Source: Felis catus (lineage: Eukaryota). From it: a stretch of DNA of 64,000 nucleotides. This document shows positions 48,436 through 62,495 of the stretch, piece by piece. Positions within the stretch are counted from its first letter, which is position 1, and every line of letters begins with the position of its first letter. The DNA lies in contig NC_058368.1 in NCBI RefSeq assembly GCF_018350175.1, positions 188,916,001-188,980,000 of the forward strand, read 5' to 3'. The notes below the pieces were generated by a model. It had not been told where the DNA came from, did not search any database, and saw only the letters and a list, made by a program, of their open reading frames with translations. The position numbers and the translations under genes are program-made.

Positions 48436-51400
48436 TGAACATTAATATCTAATAGGTTGGTCTAGTTGAGGATACTGTCTACACTTGAATTTCTAATAGA
48501 GTGTGTAGAATTTTGTAGTGCCACCCTGGGTGGGCCAGCTCTGGTCTACAGAACTCTGGGAAACCAGGAGACATGGGTTGGGTGTACTTGGAGGCACCAC
48601 TGTCTACTGGAATGACTTCTGTCCTCTGGCCCTTAAGCACCAGGAGAGCTTCTGTTTTGTCATTTGTCCTCTTGGACTAGCTGTGGCATGAAGGTCCTAT
48701 TGTGTACTGGGAATGGGAAAGGAGATGCAAAGTCACAAAATATATAGGAAAAGCCCCATTCAAACTTTGACAAGGTAGTAATCGTGAATATTTGTAGACA
48801 GGGCCTGCTATAGGCCCATCTTCAAGGAAAACCATTCCTATGACAGTAATAATCCAAGTGTAGGTGGTTCTTGACTTATTCAGTGACTCTTCATTCAAGA
48901 GTGAGTGATTTACCAGGGGAACCTCAAAGAACCAAAGACTTTATCCAGGCCCAGGAATTTACAGCTCACAGGCCTCCCAGTATGTGACTGCAGCCACATG
49001 AAAATGACTTTGTTCTGTGTGCGTAGTGCTTTCTAAGCACTGTGATCATTATTTTAACCTGCCAGTTGACTTTTCTGGCAATAATCAATGTTAACTCAAG
49101 ACTATAAAATGTAAACCTCACCATTATAGAGATGGCGTGGAAAACTTGCCTTTGCTTTCTATATTCTGGGCCTAGATTTCTTGAATAGCATGCCCAGAGC
49201 TCTTTCTCTTTCACTTCCCCAAAGTTTAGAATAAAATCCACGCTAGGGCTATAAGGTACCACTGAGCTCATTCATCCTGCTTGCTTTACAGACAGTCATG
49301 TGAACCACTGAACTTTTCTGGGACTTATTGTACACTAGGCTGTGTGCTCAGTGCTTGATGTAGATCATCTCAATATTCCCTCTGTGCCATGGGGTAGATA
49401 CTCTTAGCATGTATCTTTTCTTAATAAAGGTATTAAGGCTTAGAGATAACGCTTACAAAACCCCGAAGCAGCTGCCCAGAGCCCATGAAGCATGGCTCAT
49501 ACGTATGTAGCCACACAAAGAAGTCAGCAGCAGAACTGGAGCTAGAACTCTGACTTTTTATTTCCATTTCTAGCTGTCCTACCATGACGCCACTGTTCAG
49601 CCTATCTAGATACTTTGTGTTTTCTCTCTAGGTGGGCCATAGAGGTGAGCGGAGTTAAGACTGTGGTAGTTGAATATGTTTATCTTTCCAACCGGAGCCT
49701 GTCCTTTTTAAGTCTTCTATGTGCACTTCTCCCTGGCAGTAACCCACTCAGGCCAGCCCCTTGCCAGCCTGTACTGCCACTGCTTTTGTATTTCCCATGC
49801 TGCCGAGTAGCAGTATGCACTTGGCCAGAGAATCAAAGCTCTCGTAAAACTGAATCAGAGATGGGCTTTTCAGTCCACCATACTAATTGTTGTCCAAGTT
49901 GGAACATTCCCGGCATGAAAGGTGGACTGAGCTTTAGCTGACGACTGCACCCCATTCTTTGTTAGAACCATTGGGTTGTAAAATTAGAAGCATCACATAC
50001 AGGGCATGTTTTGCCGCCGGTCTGGTGCCTTCATCCCTGCTGGAGACAGCAGTCCTCACAAAGACAGCTTCTGGCAAGTTGTGGGTTGTATCTTCATCCC
50101 TTTCTATCCCTCATTCTGTTGCTTATCATTGAAGTTGGGAGAGGGGAAGAATAAATATAATATGGACTTCTTGCTCTATATTACGGTAGTCAAAGTGAGG
50201 CCTGAGAACTGGCAGTAAGTCTTATTGAACCTCTGAGAATAAGGTGGGTTAGTCTGAAGCTTCCTTTAAAAGTTTATGTCGTCTTAGCCCAACATTGCAT
50301 TGGTTATGGAACAAGGACTTTGACATATCAGGAAATCATTATTTGTACTCCCACCTTTTTCCCAGCCAAGGCCCTTGTGTTTTCTTTCTGTTCCTCCATA
50401 TTCTTGCCCTCTTTTGGGAACAGATAAGGAAGGTTAAATTCTAATTTAGATTTATCTGAATTACTTTAAAGGATCTGTTTCCATATAACAAAATCAATGC
50501 AAGTCATGAAACTTTGTCCTTCTTCCTCAGTCCGTCCACTGCCACTGGCTTGCATGTACCAGAAGCCTCTCACAATGAATCTTATGAGTCCAGCTAGGAG
50601 GTGAGGGTGGGGCGTGCATGCTCCTTCTTTGCCCACCTCCTCCTCCCAAACTGCTCTCATGTGTGAGCATGCCATAAATCAACTATGACTCTTTCCCAGT
50701 GGAAACCTACCAGATGCTTTCCAAAATGTAGATATTCTTTCAAAATAAGTAAATCCTCTGCAGCATTAGCAATTGGGTGTCTGAATGGAGGACTTTAATT
50801 TGGGTTACTATTGTAATAGTCTTGACATTCAGGAAAATGAGCCTTGCAGAGGTGAACTTTTTGTAAATATTCTAAACTATATTTACATTTTCATACAGGC
50901 TATTTGAAAGACGTGACGTTCTCTCTCTTTTAGCGGAGGGAGAGAATTTGGTACTGCCTCAAATCCAAAAATCCATTGTATAATAAAGAGAAGTAGCTCA
51001 CATTTACTAAGGGTTTTATCATGTGTAGGCACTTCATGGGTATTATTTTATTTGATCCTCGTGATATCCCTGTGTTAGATATATATGAGTGAAACGAGTG
51101 TCAGAGAGGTTTAAGAAACTTGCCCATTATCACACAGACCGACAGCGCTAGAGGTGGCATTTGTAATATTGTGTATGTTTTTACAGAGGAAATAAAAGCC
51201 AAAGGTACCAATAGAGAAAGTGGAGTCTTACCAAAAGGAAGAAGGACAGAAATAGGAGAGAGAACAAAACACTCATAGTAATCCAAGTATGGTAGTAGAA
51301 GTAGTAGTAATAGCAATAGTAGCAATAGTAATAGTGACTGTGGTGGTTGCTTTTAATCCCATAACGTTACATAAATGCCTTTCATTTGGGTAGAGGCAAA

Positions 51401-51524
51401 AAATATCAGACAGTGCTGGGGCCATTTCTCCAGGCTTCCACTGGATACAATCAGAACTCAATGCTGTGAATATTTAAGAGAGGATATCTCTGAAAGATCT
51501 GTGGAAAACGTGTAGAGTATGACT

Positions 51525-51735
51525 AATATTAGCTAACATTCACTGAGCACTTAGTTGCTGCCAGGTACTATGTGCTGAGTATTTGGCATGGCTCTCGTTC
51601 AAGCCTCGTAACATCTGTATACCATGCTGTTCTCATTTTACTGATGAGGAAATTGAGGCTTGGGAAGTTAAGTAAGCTGTTCAGTTATCGAATGGTAGAG
51701 ATGGGATTTGAACCAGTCTGACTCCAGGGTTCACT
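51525..51735 (-). mobile_element. MIR SINE (target of the adjacent CAN-SINE)
   Basis: gctaacattcactgagcactta...cattttactgatgaggaaattgaggctt...gggatttgaaccagtctgactcca. Confidence 0.78.
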
Positions 51736-51740
51736 TTCTT

Positions 51741-51985
51741 TTTCTTTTTTTTTTTTTCTTTTAAGCATAATCGTCTCTAAATCTAGAGATATGCCTTTTA
51801 ATCTTTTTATTTTGAGAGAGAGTGGGGTGGGAGAGAAGCAGAGGAAGAGAGAGAGAGATAATCTTAAGCAGCCTCCACACTCAGCATGGAGCCCAAAGGG
51901 GTGCTTGATCCTGTGACCCTGGGATCATTACTGGAGCCGAAATCAAGAGTTGGACACTCAACCAACTGAGCAACCCAGGTACCCC
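51741..51985 (-). mobile_element. CAN-SINE with an extra 33-nt segment between its body and distal poly(A)
   Basis: Body at about 51796-51985, non-SINE segment at 51763-51795 and T-run at 51741-51762. 16-bp TSD CAGGGYTCACYTTCTT at 51725-51740 and 51986-52001. Confidence 0.85.
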
Positions 51986-52999
51986 CAGGGCTCACCTTCT
52001 TAGCTGTCCATGATTTAGCCTACACCAAAATTGTTACCCTAGTGTTTTACCACATCAGACAAGGGTGTAATGCTCATCATTGCCATTAATGCATTGTACT
52101 GCAGTATGTGTGGGGAGTATCTTAACAGTTATTATCACCTTCCAGGTTAAGGTGGACTTGGGATACAGAGAGGTTAGAGCAGTCCCTTCATTTTTTAGTT
52201 GTATGGGCTTGAAGGTGGAGCCATCGGCTTCTAGGAAGGATTTTTCCCTGTGAAGAATACATGCCTTGTGTTAGGGGCAGAAGACAACCTCTTCCCTTGT
52301 CTATGTAAGAGACCTTAGGTAAGACAGTTAACCTGTTTGGGCCTCATCTCTAGATAGGACTCCTATCTACCCAGGTTTTCATTCCCTGGCCACATGATCT
52401 CTTGAAGTTATGCCACCTCTAAGATCTGATACTTCCAATTTTAAGCAGACTTTATCTCTTCTCCATTTTCTCACTCTATAGCCCAAAGCACTCAGGGAGC
52501 AGACTGGTGGGCCAGGACAAGCAGATAACATTTTAGATTAGCAGCTGATGCTATTATTTGGAGTCTTTTTTTAGCTAAAGAATTTTAAAAAGAATGAGAG
52601 AAAATAGGGCTGGCTTAATTTCCCCTCATCTGTGCTCTTTCCCTACCAACCCAATCTTTTGCAAATGAGTAGTTCAGTTTAGCTTGCTGATTGCCCCCTG
52701 AAGGTTGGGAAAAAGAAAGGTGGCACTCCATTGCTCCTAACTCAGGGCTGCCTTCTGTGAGTTCCCAAGTTTGGGGTGAACTACATGGCTTTCTTGTGAA
52801 TTTGGTTTACCATATTTGTTATTCTTCCTTATTCTTTCTACAGAGCAAAATATTATATTGATACTCTTATGCTTCTTATTCTGCCTCTACCCAAAAGACT
52901 TAACCAAAAAATTGGTCTTTGTAGTGTTTTATATATAAATCCAGGAAAATCAACAGGGTTGATGTGTGCTCATGATTAATATGTGTTGAGTTTTTTCTT

Positions 53000-53219
53000 T
53001 TTCTTTTTTTTTTTTTTAACGTTTATTTTTTTTGAGACAGAGAGAGACAGAGCATGAACAGGGGAGGGTCAGAGAGAGAGGGAGACACAGAATCCGAAGC
53101 AGGCTCCAGGCTCGGAGCTGTCAGCACAGAGCCTGACGCGGGGCTCGAACTCACGGACCGTGAGATCATGACCTGAGCCGAAGTCGGACGCTTAACTGAC
53201 TGAGCCACCCAGGCACCCT
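53000..53219 (-). mobile_element. CAN-SINE (SINEC_Fc/Fc2-like)
   Basis: Full-length. 14-bp TSD TTGAGTTTTTTCTT at 52986-52999 and 53220-53233. Confidence 0.95.
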
Positions 53220-53360
53220 TTGAGTTTTTTCTTGATCAGAGATATACTTGGTTGTTTTTGCTTTTCCATTAACATATGATTTGGAGGAGGGGAGGGGCTC
53301 CTGCCACTGGGTTATAGAACTAATAGTCACTTTAATATCTCCTGAACTCCTCTAATTTCT

Positions 53361-53571
53361 TTTTTTTATGTTTATTATTTTTGAGAGAGAGAGAGAGAGA
53401 GAGAACATGTACTTGCAAGCAGAGGAGGGCAGAGGGAGAGGGAGACAGAGGATCCAAAGTGGGCTCTGTACTGATAGCAGAGAGCCTGATGCGGGGCTTG
53501 AACTCAGGAACCATGAGATCATGACTTGAGCCAAAGTCAGAGGCTTAGCCAACTTAGCCACCCAGGCACCC
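53361..53571 (-). mobile_element. CAN-SINE
   Basis: Full-length. 18-bp TSD TGAACTCCTCTAATTTCT at 53343-53360 and 53574-53591. Confidence 0.95.
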
Positions 53572-54489
53572 TATGAACTCCTCTAATTTCTAAGCAATGA
53601 GTACTGTTTGGCTTTCCTGTTGGTGTCTACCACTGGAATAGGTACTATGGGTGATCAAAATTAGGCTTTGTGGGATCTGATGTTTTATTTGGAATGGCAA
53701 CTTGCTCCCATGAAACAAATATTTTTATAAACCAATATTAAATTTGTAGTTCAAAATTCAAGGCAAGGTTCTAGAAGGCACAGAGAGTGGTGTAGACAGA
53801 AGTAGACTGTTCAAATAACCAGTCAGGCTCCTACTATATACAGATGGATCTCTGTGCTAGGCATTTTAGGTTCTGACAATCTGTTGATTTAATCACTCAA
53901 ATCTCTGGGAGAGTTTATACAGTGTAAGGTATTTAAGATACCTGTAAAGAAAGTACACAGGAGACTGGTGAGGAGCAGAAGATGGAGGGAACTTCATGTA
54001 AACAGTGATCGAAACAAAGGTGTAGATTGCATGAGTGGCAGCAGACAAGGAGCCAGTCAGGAGGCTTGAGTATTAATTGCAGTCCTTCTATTGCTCAGTC
54101 AGACAATCTAGATTTTAGTCAGGGTTGGTCATTTGGCTTTAGTTTCCCCATCTGAAGATGAGAGGCTTAGACTAAATCCTCTTTGAAATCAGCTACAATA
54201 TTGTAATTCCTTTTATCTAGAGTTTACTCTCTTGAAAGTCCCCTCAAAGAAGCACAGTGATAATGGGTAGCAAGTAGCTTCTTTTCTTCACTATTGTGCT
54301 TTACTTTTACAACACACTGGCAATATACAAATATCATGTTTATTTGCAAAAGGATTCATTGAACTTCATCAAAACCATTTAATTAGCCACAAAATTGGAT
54401 CTCCCTATTGATATATCTTTAGTCAATATTTTTACTGTCTACACTTCAGTTTCTGGTATCTGATATAAACCTGAGCCTATACTACAACG

Positions 54490-54735
54490 TCAGTCTAGTT
54501 CACTTTCCAGATAGTTCTATGGAATACATCAATTATCTGGGATATCAACAGGTTCCCCATGGGAGATGAGGGAGGGAGTAGGTTTGGGAAATGCTGAGTC
54601 AAATAAATTCAACTGCCCCTTGTTCTAGGACTTTGCAAAGATTTTGAGATACTGACATGCACTGAGAACACCTAAGATAAAGTATATGACATGTCCCAAA
54701 CTTTTGTGATCACAGAACCTTTTTTCAGGGATCAC
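54490..54735. mobile_element. hAT-Charlie element, MER103-like
   Basis: gttctatggaatac...gtttgggaaatgctgagtcaaa...aggactt...tcccaaactt..tgatcacagaaccttttt. Confidence 0.5.
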
Positions 54736-55838
54736 CTTATAGGAGGATATATTAGTCATGGATGGGTTTCATGTTAATGAAGTAAAATCATGAAATCCAG
54801 TCAAAGTGATTGGTCTGGGGTAGATGTGAGAAAATCATCTGAAATATTTGCAGAGTATTATTCAGATTAGACCAGGAATGTGTAGAGCCATTATTCTTCA
54901 ATGCAGCAGGCTTTGAACAGAATTTCTCCCATATTTTGCATCTGGTTTTAGTCACTGCACACTTGGCATTAGATGCCATGTGATTTTTCAGGACAGTTAT
55001 ATTTAAAGATTGCCAGGACCACTTAGCTCAGATGGAGAAGCCAGAGTTTCATCACTGTGTGAACCAATGAGCCTCACACAGGGGCTATGTGTTGTCTTTT
55101 TCATCCAGACAAATGTTTTCTTCAACTACATTCCTAGAGATAGGGAGAAGTCAAAAGAGACTTCTGTAGGGGCAGGGGAGGGAACCTAATGGGTGAATAT
55201 AGTTGAGTAAATAAATGGCAGTTTGGGGCTGAGAAATGATTTCCTACTTTAATCCAAAAGTTGGAAAACAAGGTTTTAAATGCAGTTCCTGATGTCTTTC
55301 TTTCTTCCTATCTCTACTTTCAATTATCGTTTGTACACATAGCTCAGAGGAAGGATTGTAAATAAAAATACCATTTGCTCCTCTGTGACATTAAAGAATG
55401 AATGGCTACAACTCATACGTGTTCCCACTGGAAGTTTCCCAGGCCTATTTGTTTGGCCTTGATTTTTACTGAACCACATGTAGAATCACAAAATTTTGAG
55501 GGCTTTGAGGAACATTTCCAGTCATCAAGTGTAGCTGTTTATTGGAAATGCAGAAAAAGAAGCTCCAAAGCCATACAGTGACTTGTCCTGGGAACACGTT
55601 AGCTACTACTTAGTGCTGGGGTTACATCCCTGTTCTCCAGACACCAACCTCACCCCTGATTCAGCTTTCTCTTGTGCCAGCTTTTCTCATGATATCTCCT
55701 TAGTCTTTTAATAAACTTCCTTATATTTACCAAACCCTCCCAAATTTTATACATGATGGCATTGACACTCTAATGACTATTATTTATATCACATTTTTAT
55801 GCAATACAATTCCATTCAAATCAAAAATAAAATTAAGA

Positions 55839-55973
55839 GGGGTGCTTGTGTGGCTCAGTTTGTTAAGCATCTGACTCTTGATTGCAGCTGAGGTCATGAT
55901 GTCATAGTCGTGAGATTAAGCACTGCGTCAGGCTCCTTGCTGAGGGTGGAACCTGAGTAAGAATCTCTCTGTC

Positions 55974-56019
<46 letters not shown>

Positions 56020-56073
56020 TTTGACTCTCTCCCCCACTTAATCTCTCTCTCTCTCTCTCTCAAATAAAATTTA
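55839..56073 (+). mobile_element. CAN-SINE (older subfamily)
   Basis: ggggtgcttgtgtggctcagt head and (CT)n. 16-bp TSD AAAAATAAAATTAAGA at 55823-55838 and 56074-56089. Confidence 0.92.
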
Positions 56074-56879
56074 AAAAATAAAATTAAGAAAGGTAGAGAA
56101 AGACATGATCACAAATAATCTTTCAAAATTTCATGATGTGAATATGATATATAAATGCTGTGTCATTTATTTTACATATATTGAGGCTTACATGTATAAG
56201 TTTAATTCAAGATTGATAAAGTGCATGGATTTAAAATAATTCATGGCTTCCTACTTTTCCTGAATATATAAGTTGCCAAGTCTGTGTGCGACTTCTACTT
56301 ACTGATCACCTATTAAGTAGAAGATGCTTAATGTAAAATTATACTTTATTTGTAAGGAATAAAAGGAGCAGTCTGAACCAGTTGCATTAAACTTTGAATG
56401 TGACTTTGAAGAACACCTTTCAAGCCCAAGTTATTTTATGGGGAATCATTTTGAAATGAGCCAGCATATTTAGAAAACAGATTTAAAATACTCTAATGGG
56501 CTCTTTAATGTAGTTAAATAGTTACAACCATGCTCACCTTATTCCTAAAAAAGCTTTAGTCCATATTTTTACTTTTAATGACTAAGGCACTTGAAATCTA
56601 TCCTCTGTGTTGGTAATTATGGGATGGTTAAAAACAACTTTAAGATGACATTGTCCATTAGTTGTTTGTAGTGCTTTCAGGAAGTACCCGTATGTGCCTA
56701 TCACTTGAAAATGGAAACCACAGAAGTGTGATGCCTTTCTAATTTTAACATAAATCAAAGACAAAATTTACACCTGGCTGCAGTCATGTGACTTTTAGGA
56801 AGAAAATGGATATCTGTACAGTGTTGTGTTCATTTCATACGTGTGCTCAAAGCCAATTGCTGGAATGGCTCCCTGCTGG

Positions 56880-57430
56880 TCTGAACTAAAACCTTCCTCC
56901 TTATTCAACCTTACTGGCTTCCTCTTTTTTAAAACCGCAACTCCTTAGTTTTGGATTCAAGCATACCCCCTTAAGGCTCTGACCTTTCTTTTCAACATCC
57001 TTGTGCACTATTCATCTTATGCTTCAGTCACACTGAGTTGTTAGTGGCTCCTTATACCCATTGTGATTTTTTTTTCTGCCTGTACTCTTGTCTTTCTTAT
57101 GCCATTCCTTGTTCCATAATGCTCTTCCCTCCTCTCTGTGCCCAAATTCTTCTGCCCTTTAAGATCCAGTAAAATACCACTTTTTTTTTCTGTGAAATCT
57201 TCCTTACAGTTCAGATATTGAATATTTTCTCTTCATCCTAAATTCCTACATGGTCTTATCATTACCATGTTCAATTCCTTATAGCTTCCTATCTTTAATT
57301 ATTGTGATTTAAGGGGATGTTCTTTCCCATAAGGCAGGATCCATGCTAAATTCAGCTTAATCTCACACAGTGTTTAGCACAGATCCTTACATGTCAGAGG
57401 CATTAATTTGTATAAAATACTGTTGGGTGA
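56880..57430 (+). mobile_element. L2 3' fragment
   Basis: aactccttagttttggattcaagc...atgccattccttgttccataatgctcttccc...acagtgtttagcacag. Confidence 0.55.
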
Positions 57431-57674
57431 CACCATTCATTCATTCATTCATTCGTTCATTCAGACAAATGCTTCTTATTAGCAACTGTTGTATTCAGTG
57501 ATGCTTCAAAGTGTCAGTACCAGATAGATAGATTGCAGTTTAGTTTTTCTTAATGTGTGTGTGATTAGGTAGTTTATATTTAGATGTATTGTGCAATAAG
57601 GATGCACTTAAATACCTTAGTGTGAATCTGTTGGTTATGGTGAGGGTTAAGTAATAATAAAACTAACACTTTCT

Positions 57675-57898
57675 TTTTTTTAAAGTTTGTTTATTTATTG
57701 AGAGAGAGAGAGAGAGAAAGAGAGCATGCATACGTGCACACGGGGAAGGGGCAGAGAGGGAGAGAGAATCCCAAGCAGGTTCTGCTGACAGCAAGGAGGC
57801 AGATGCGGGGCTCGATCTCACCAACTGAACCACAAAATCATGACCTGAGTAGAAATCAAGAGTTGGACGCTTAACCAACTATGCCACCCAGGTGCCCC
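57675..57898 (-). mobile_element. CAN-SINE
   Basis: 13-bp TSD ACTAACACTTTCT at 57662-57674 and 57902-57914. Confidence 0.93.
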
Positions 57899-58220
57899 AA
57901 CACTAACACTTTCTAAGTGATTGGTATCAGTGAGACCTTCTCCGAAACTCATTATAAGCATTATGTCAATTAATCCTTAGATTAATTAGATTGCTAGCCC
58001 CCACCCCTGTCCTACTTTTTTCTCAGATAATGAAACTGAATGCCAGAGAGGTTGAGTGACTTTCCAAAGGTTCCACAGCTAGTGATTTGCAAAGCTTAGA
58101 CTTGAACCAAAATCTGTGTTAGTCCGGGGTCATCTTTTAGCCATTCAATAAGAATGTAGTAAAACCTCACTTACCCAGAAAAACTGTTACATAACCTTAC
58201 TTAAAAAAAAAAAAAAAAGA

Positions 58221-58436
58221 GGGGCGCCTGGGTGGTTCAGTCGGTTAAGCGGCCGACTTCGGCTGAGGTCATGATCTCGGGGTCCCTGAGTTTGAGCCCC
58301 GCGTCGGGCTGTGTGCTGACAGCTCAGAGCCTGGAGCCTGTTTCAGATTCTATGTCTCCCTCTCTCTGACCCTCCCCTGTTCATGGTCTGTCTCTCTCTG
58401 TTTCAAAAATAAATAAACATTAAAAAAAAAAAAAAG
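58221..58436 (+). mobile_element. CAN-SINE (SINEC_Fc/Fc2-like)
   Basis: GGGGCGCCTGGGTGG head, CpG-rich body, AATAAA and A-tail. Inserted in an A-rich target, so the TSD is ambiguous. Confidence 0.95.
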
Positions 58437-60580
58437 AAAGAAAGAAGAAGTAAATACAGAAAATAACACACTTAGGGGTAACCAGAGCAGTAATTTTTAA
58501 TAAACTATCATCAGTTTTCCCAGGTCACAGCAAGTTAGAAAGAGCGAACTAAAGGCAGGTTGTTAGAAGCAGGCTCAGTGACAGCAGAAATGACAGCCTA
58601 ATGTGAAGGGCAGAAGTGGAAAACCTAAAAAGCAGACGCAGAACTATATTACTGTGTGGCACATTAATGACTGTTCATAATGACAGTGGCCCTGAGTCAT
58701 CAAGACAGAGATGGCAATTATATTCAATATATTCTCTCTAAAACAGCAAGACGGGTGTAATGCATCTTCTGAAGATTTCCAGTGAAAGCAGCTGTCGTGG
58801 CATGCTATTAAAAGGGGTTTGGCTCTGGTTTTCTGTGGAGCTCACTTCTTGAAGGGACATGTTGAATGAGGAATTACTGAATATATGTGCAAGTATCAGT
58901 GTATACAATATGCAAATGTGACCTATACCATCAAATAAGTGTTAAAACGAATCTCTGTTTAGTAGCTTATAGCTTTGATATCCTTTTCTTAGAACTTTCA
59001 AAGACCTTAAAAAGGTGGGTTCCTTCCCTGCTACCCCATCTAACAGTCTTTTGGCTTTTATATTTTTCTTTCCTGACTCCATAGGCAAATATTCTGCCTT
59101 GCCAACCACCAGCTTTGATAACAAACATTTAGTCTCTCCCATAAATGTATCTGGATTTGCTTTTTCTTTTATATTTTAATTTTCAAACAAACAAGCAGCA
59201 ACCCTGGACCCTAAGCCAGGCCCGAGTAGGGAATGATGTTCCTTCTTAACTGAATTTAGAAAAACAAACCTTGAGAAAGAGCTCATTGTGTAGTTTCAAA
59301 CCACAGGGGCTGGCGTTACTGGTGTCCAGTCCTCTCCTTCTGGAATACTCTGGACCTCAGGAACTCACCAATGCTTTTCCAGCTCCCAGATGGTCAGGAT
59401 GGGATCCAGTCTTTAATGGGGCCCAGTTGGCACAAGATTTACATCCTGGGAAAGAGCTAGAGAAAGTTTATTTAAAAAAGAAATTACTGAAAAATAAATA
59501 AATAAATCAACCCACAAAACCAAAGGTAGTTCAAGTATAATGTATTTATTTTAGCCTTTTTTCTCCCAAATCTGTTATTTTGAAATATGATCTTGTTGCT
59601 GTTTTGTTTTATACAATTAACTGCATTGATTTAGGGACCTGGTTAGTTTTTTGGTCAGAAGAATTAGATAGTATATTTTTATGAATGCTCAATTAGGATA
59701 CCAGGAAGCTTGAAGTTTTTTTTTTTTTGGGGGGGGGAGGGGGAGGATTAAAGTAACAGAATTTTTCAGTGAAAAGTTTTTTGAATGGAGTAGTATTATT
59801 TCTTCTTCGTAGATTCACAAGTGACTTTATTGACTCTTTACCCAAAATTATTAGTGGTAGTTAATAGCATTACAGTATTTATTCATTCAATGTTCAGCAA
59901 GTATTATTGAGGCACTATTAAAACTGCAAACATAGTAGTGAAAACAAGGAAGACAAAGTTCATATCCTCATGGGGCTTACATTCTAGTTGGGTGATGCAG
60001 ACAATAAATAGGAAAATGTGTCTACATCTTTCTACTGTGTATCTGTGTCTAGCTCTATGCATGAGAGAAATTTCAGACACTGCGAAGGAATACTGCTGAC
60101 TCTTCAAAAGCTAGGTTTTAAATCCCATATTTAACTCAGTTCCCGAGACTTTAGTTTCAAGTCTCCTCTGACATTCATACATAAAGTTTATCTTTGGGAA
60201 TTCATGTGACCCAACATATTTTGTTAAACATTGGTTTAAAGTTATTTTCTTGAAAGGACAAAGGGAAACCAGAATGTTTGTGAAACAGTAAATGCCTCCA
60301 CTGGCTTTCTCTCACGTTCTCTGAGAAATCATATACTGCCTTTGAGACAGGCAATTCTTGGGAATGAAACAATCTGTGTTACAAAACCCGGAGAACTCTG
60401 ATGAGGGAACAAGCAGAATACACTGAGGAACTCAGGAGAAGATGGCACCCCCTGATTTATGTTGTGTCCACTGCAGGGGAATAGGGATATAATACGGAGG
60501 TTCAGCCAGCACGGTCGCCATGAATATACACTTTTCATATTTCAGCTTCCTTTAGGAACTCCTGAAAACGATATTTTTTA

Positions 60581-60811
60581 TTTATTTATTTATTTAATTT
60601 TTTTTCAACGTTTTTTATTTTTTTTTGGGACAGAGAGAGACAGAGCATGAACGGGGGAGGGGCAGAGAGAGAGGGAGACACAGAATCAGAAACAGGCTCC
60701 AGGCTCCGAGCCATCAGCCCAGAGCCTGACGCGGGGCTCAAACTCACGGACCGCGAGATCGTGACCTGGCCGAAGTCGGACGCTTAACCAACTGCGCCAC
60801 CCAGGCGTCCC
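60581..60811 (-). mobile_element. Young SINEC_Fc-like element
   Basis: Near-identical to the 34396 copy. 18-bp TSD TGAAAACGATATTTTTTA at 60563-60580 and 60812-60829. Confidence 0.96.
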
Positions 60812-62421
60812 TGAAAACGATATTTTTTAAATGCCATATTTAACTACAGAAAGATAAATGATCCAGAGTGGAGGAAAAACAAGTTTGCTTGTTTGGTCAC
60901 TACTACTGTGGTGTCTCTTTAAAATCCTTAGTCAATTTGGTTTTGGAGCTTTAATTATGCTTTTATGCTACAGTTTTCTTATTTAAATGTCTGCTCTATG
61001 TCCATCACTCAGCACCCCCTGCCTATCTCAAAAGAGATGGATATTATTATCCTAATTGAGGAGGAGGGCGAATGCTGTGAGAATTATTAATACATAAATT
61101 AAAAAATTAATCTAGAAAGTGCTTTAGGGTCCCTAGAGAAGTGCTACCCAAACACAAAGCATATTTAACATTATTATAAGTACTCCCACAGAGCAGATAG
61201 GCCAGTGCAGTGTGAGATGAGTAAACTGAGGCACAGAGAGTGACAATGGGCCCATATGCAGATGGGCCAGCCTATGTTAGAACCTTGAGTGGGTAACATG
61301 TAAAGACCACTGTGCCAGACCCCACTTTAGGCTTTTTCTCATCATGAGTATTAATTATTTCTCCGGAGAAGAAATGTTGCCTTGCCTGGTTTTTTTACCC
61401 CTCCTCTTTAAGTCTTTGCTGTTTGGACATTTTTTTTTTTTTAATTAATTTTTTTTTTTTTTTTTTTTTTTAGTGTCGAAAGTGATTCAGGCCCAAATGG
61501 CCAAAATATTAAGTCCTAAGGTTAGTAAGGAAAAATCACTAGTATGCTTTCTAGTAATCCCAGTTATTTTTTTGGCTTTGTGGCTTGGAACTTCAAGTTG
61601 CATTCATTTCATATAGTCCCATTGGTTAGAAAACACGCATCAAGGCTTATCTTGGAATTGTTCTTCACTGTTTTGCTGAGAAATAATTCTCAGCCAGTTT
61701 CTCAACAACGAAAAAGGCTATTCTGAGTACCTACTATGTTCCCAGAACCTTTGAGGATGTAGGAGAAGCTGAGGACCGTTTCCATCCTGTCAACAGCGGA
61801 GACAGGGTGAAAACTGCACATAACAACAATTACGGCGAAACCATAAGCAGTAGTCGGGAGGGACAGTTGTGGTTGTACAATGGTGACCATCAGTCAGAAA
61901 CCCTTGCCACTCCTTGGGCCTGTTTCTTAACTTGCCTGAAACTCATCTTCTACGTTTGTGAGCCAGCTAATGCCCATCCCTGCCCCTAATGCTGCCGGAC
62001 AGAAATCACTGAAGGAGCCTTGCACAACACTTGGCACGGAGTTAGATGACAGCAAAAGGCCACTGTTGCAGAAGCCACTGTCAAGGTCACCACTGTCCTC
62101 CATTTAGGTGTGAGCGAGAAGTGCTACTGGCTCTCAGAGAGGACAGTAATACTGAAGACTTGACCTTTGTACCCAGAGTTCTGCAACATGTTTCCATTAA
62201 TGTTTTAAAATACTGGGTACTCTCCTTTACCTACCATGGGGGTGGGACTTTTGATCCTGCAAGAGGCTTTTATGAAAACTACTTAGAGAATTGTTCTCTC
62301 CCATACTCTTCTTCTGGGCTTCCAGAAATTTCAGACTGCCTCTTTGGAGGTTTGTATCCACCTCCCTGCACCCTCCACAACCCTCCCTTTATCTGCAGAA
62401 GTGCTCCTCTTTCCTGTTTCT

Positions 62422-62436
62422 CTTTTTTTCTTTTTT

Positions 62437-62495
<59 letters not shown>

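Noticed and set aside
57370..57505. Apparent tail-to-tail L2 pair with (ATTC)n, the arrangement that produced some L2-derived miRNAs
   Set aside because: The arms pair poorly by eye and there is no convincing pre-miRNA stem.
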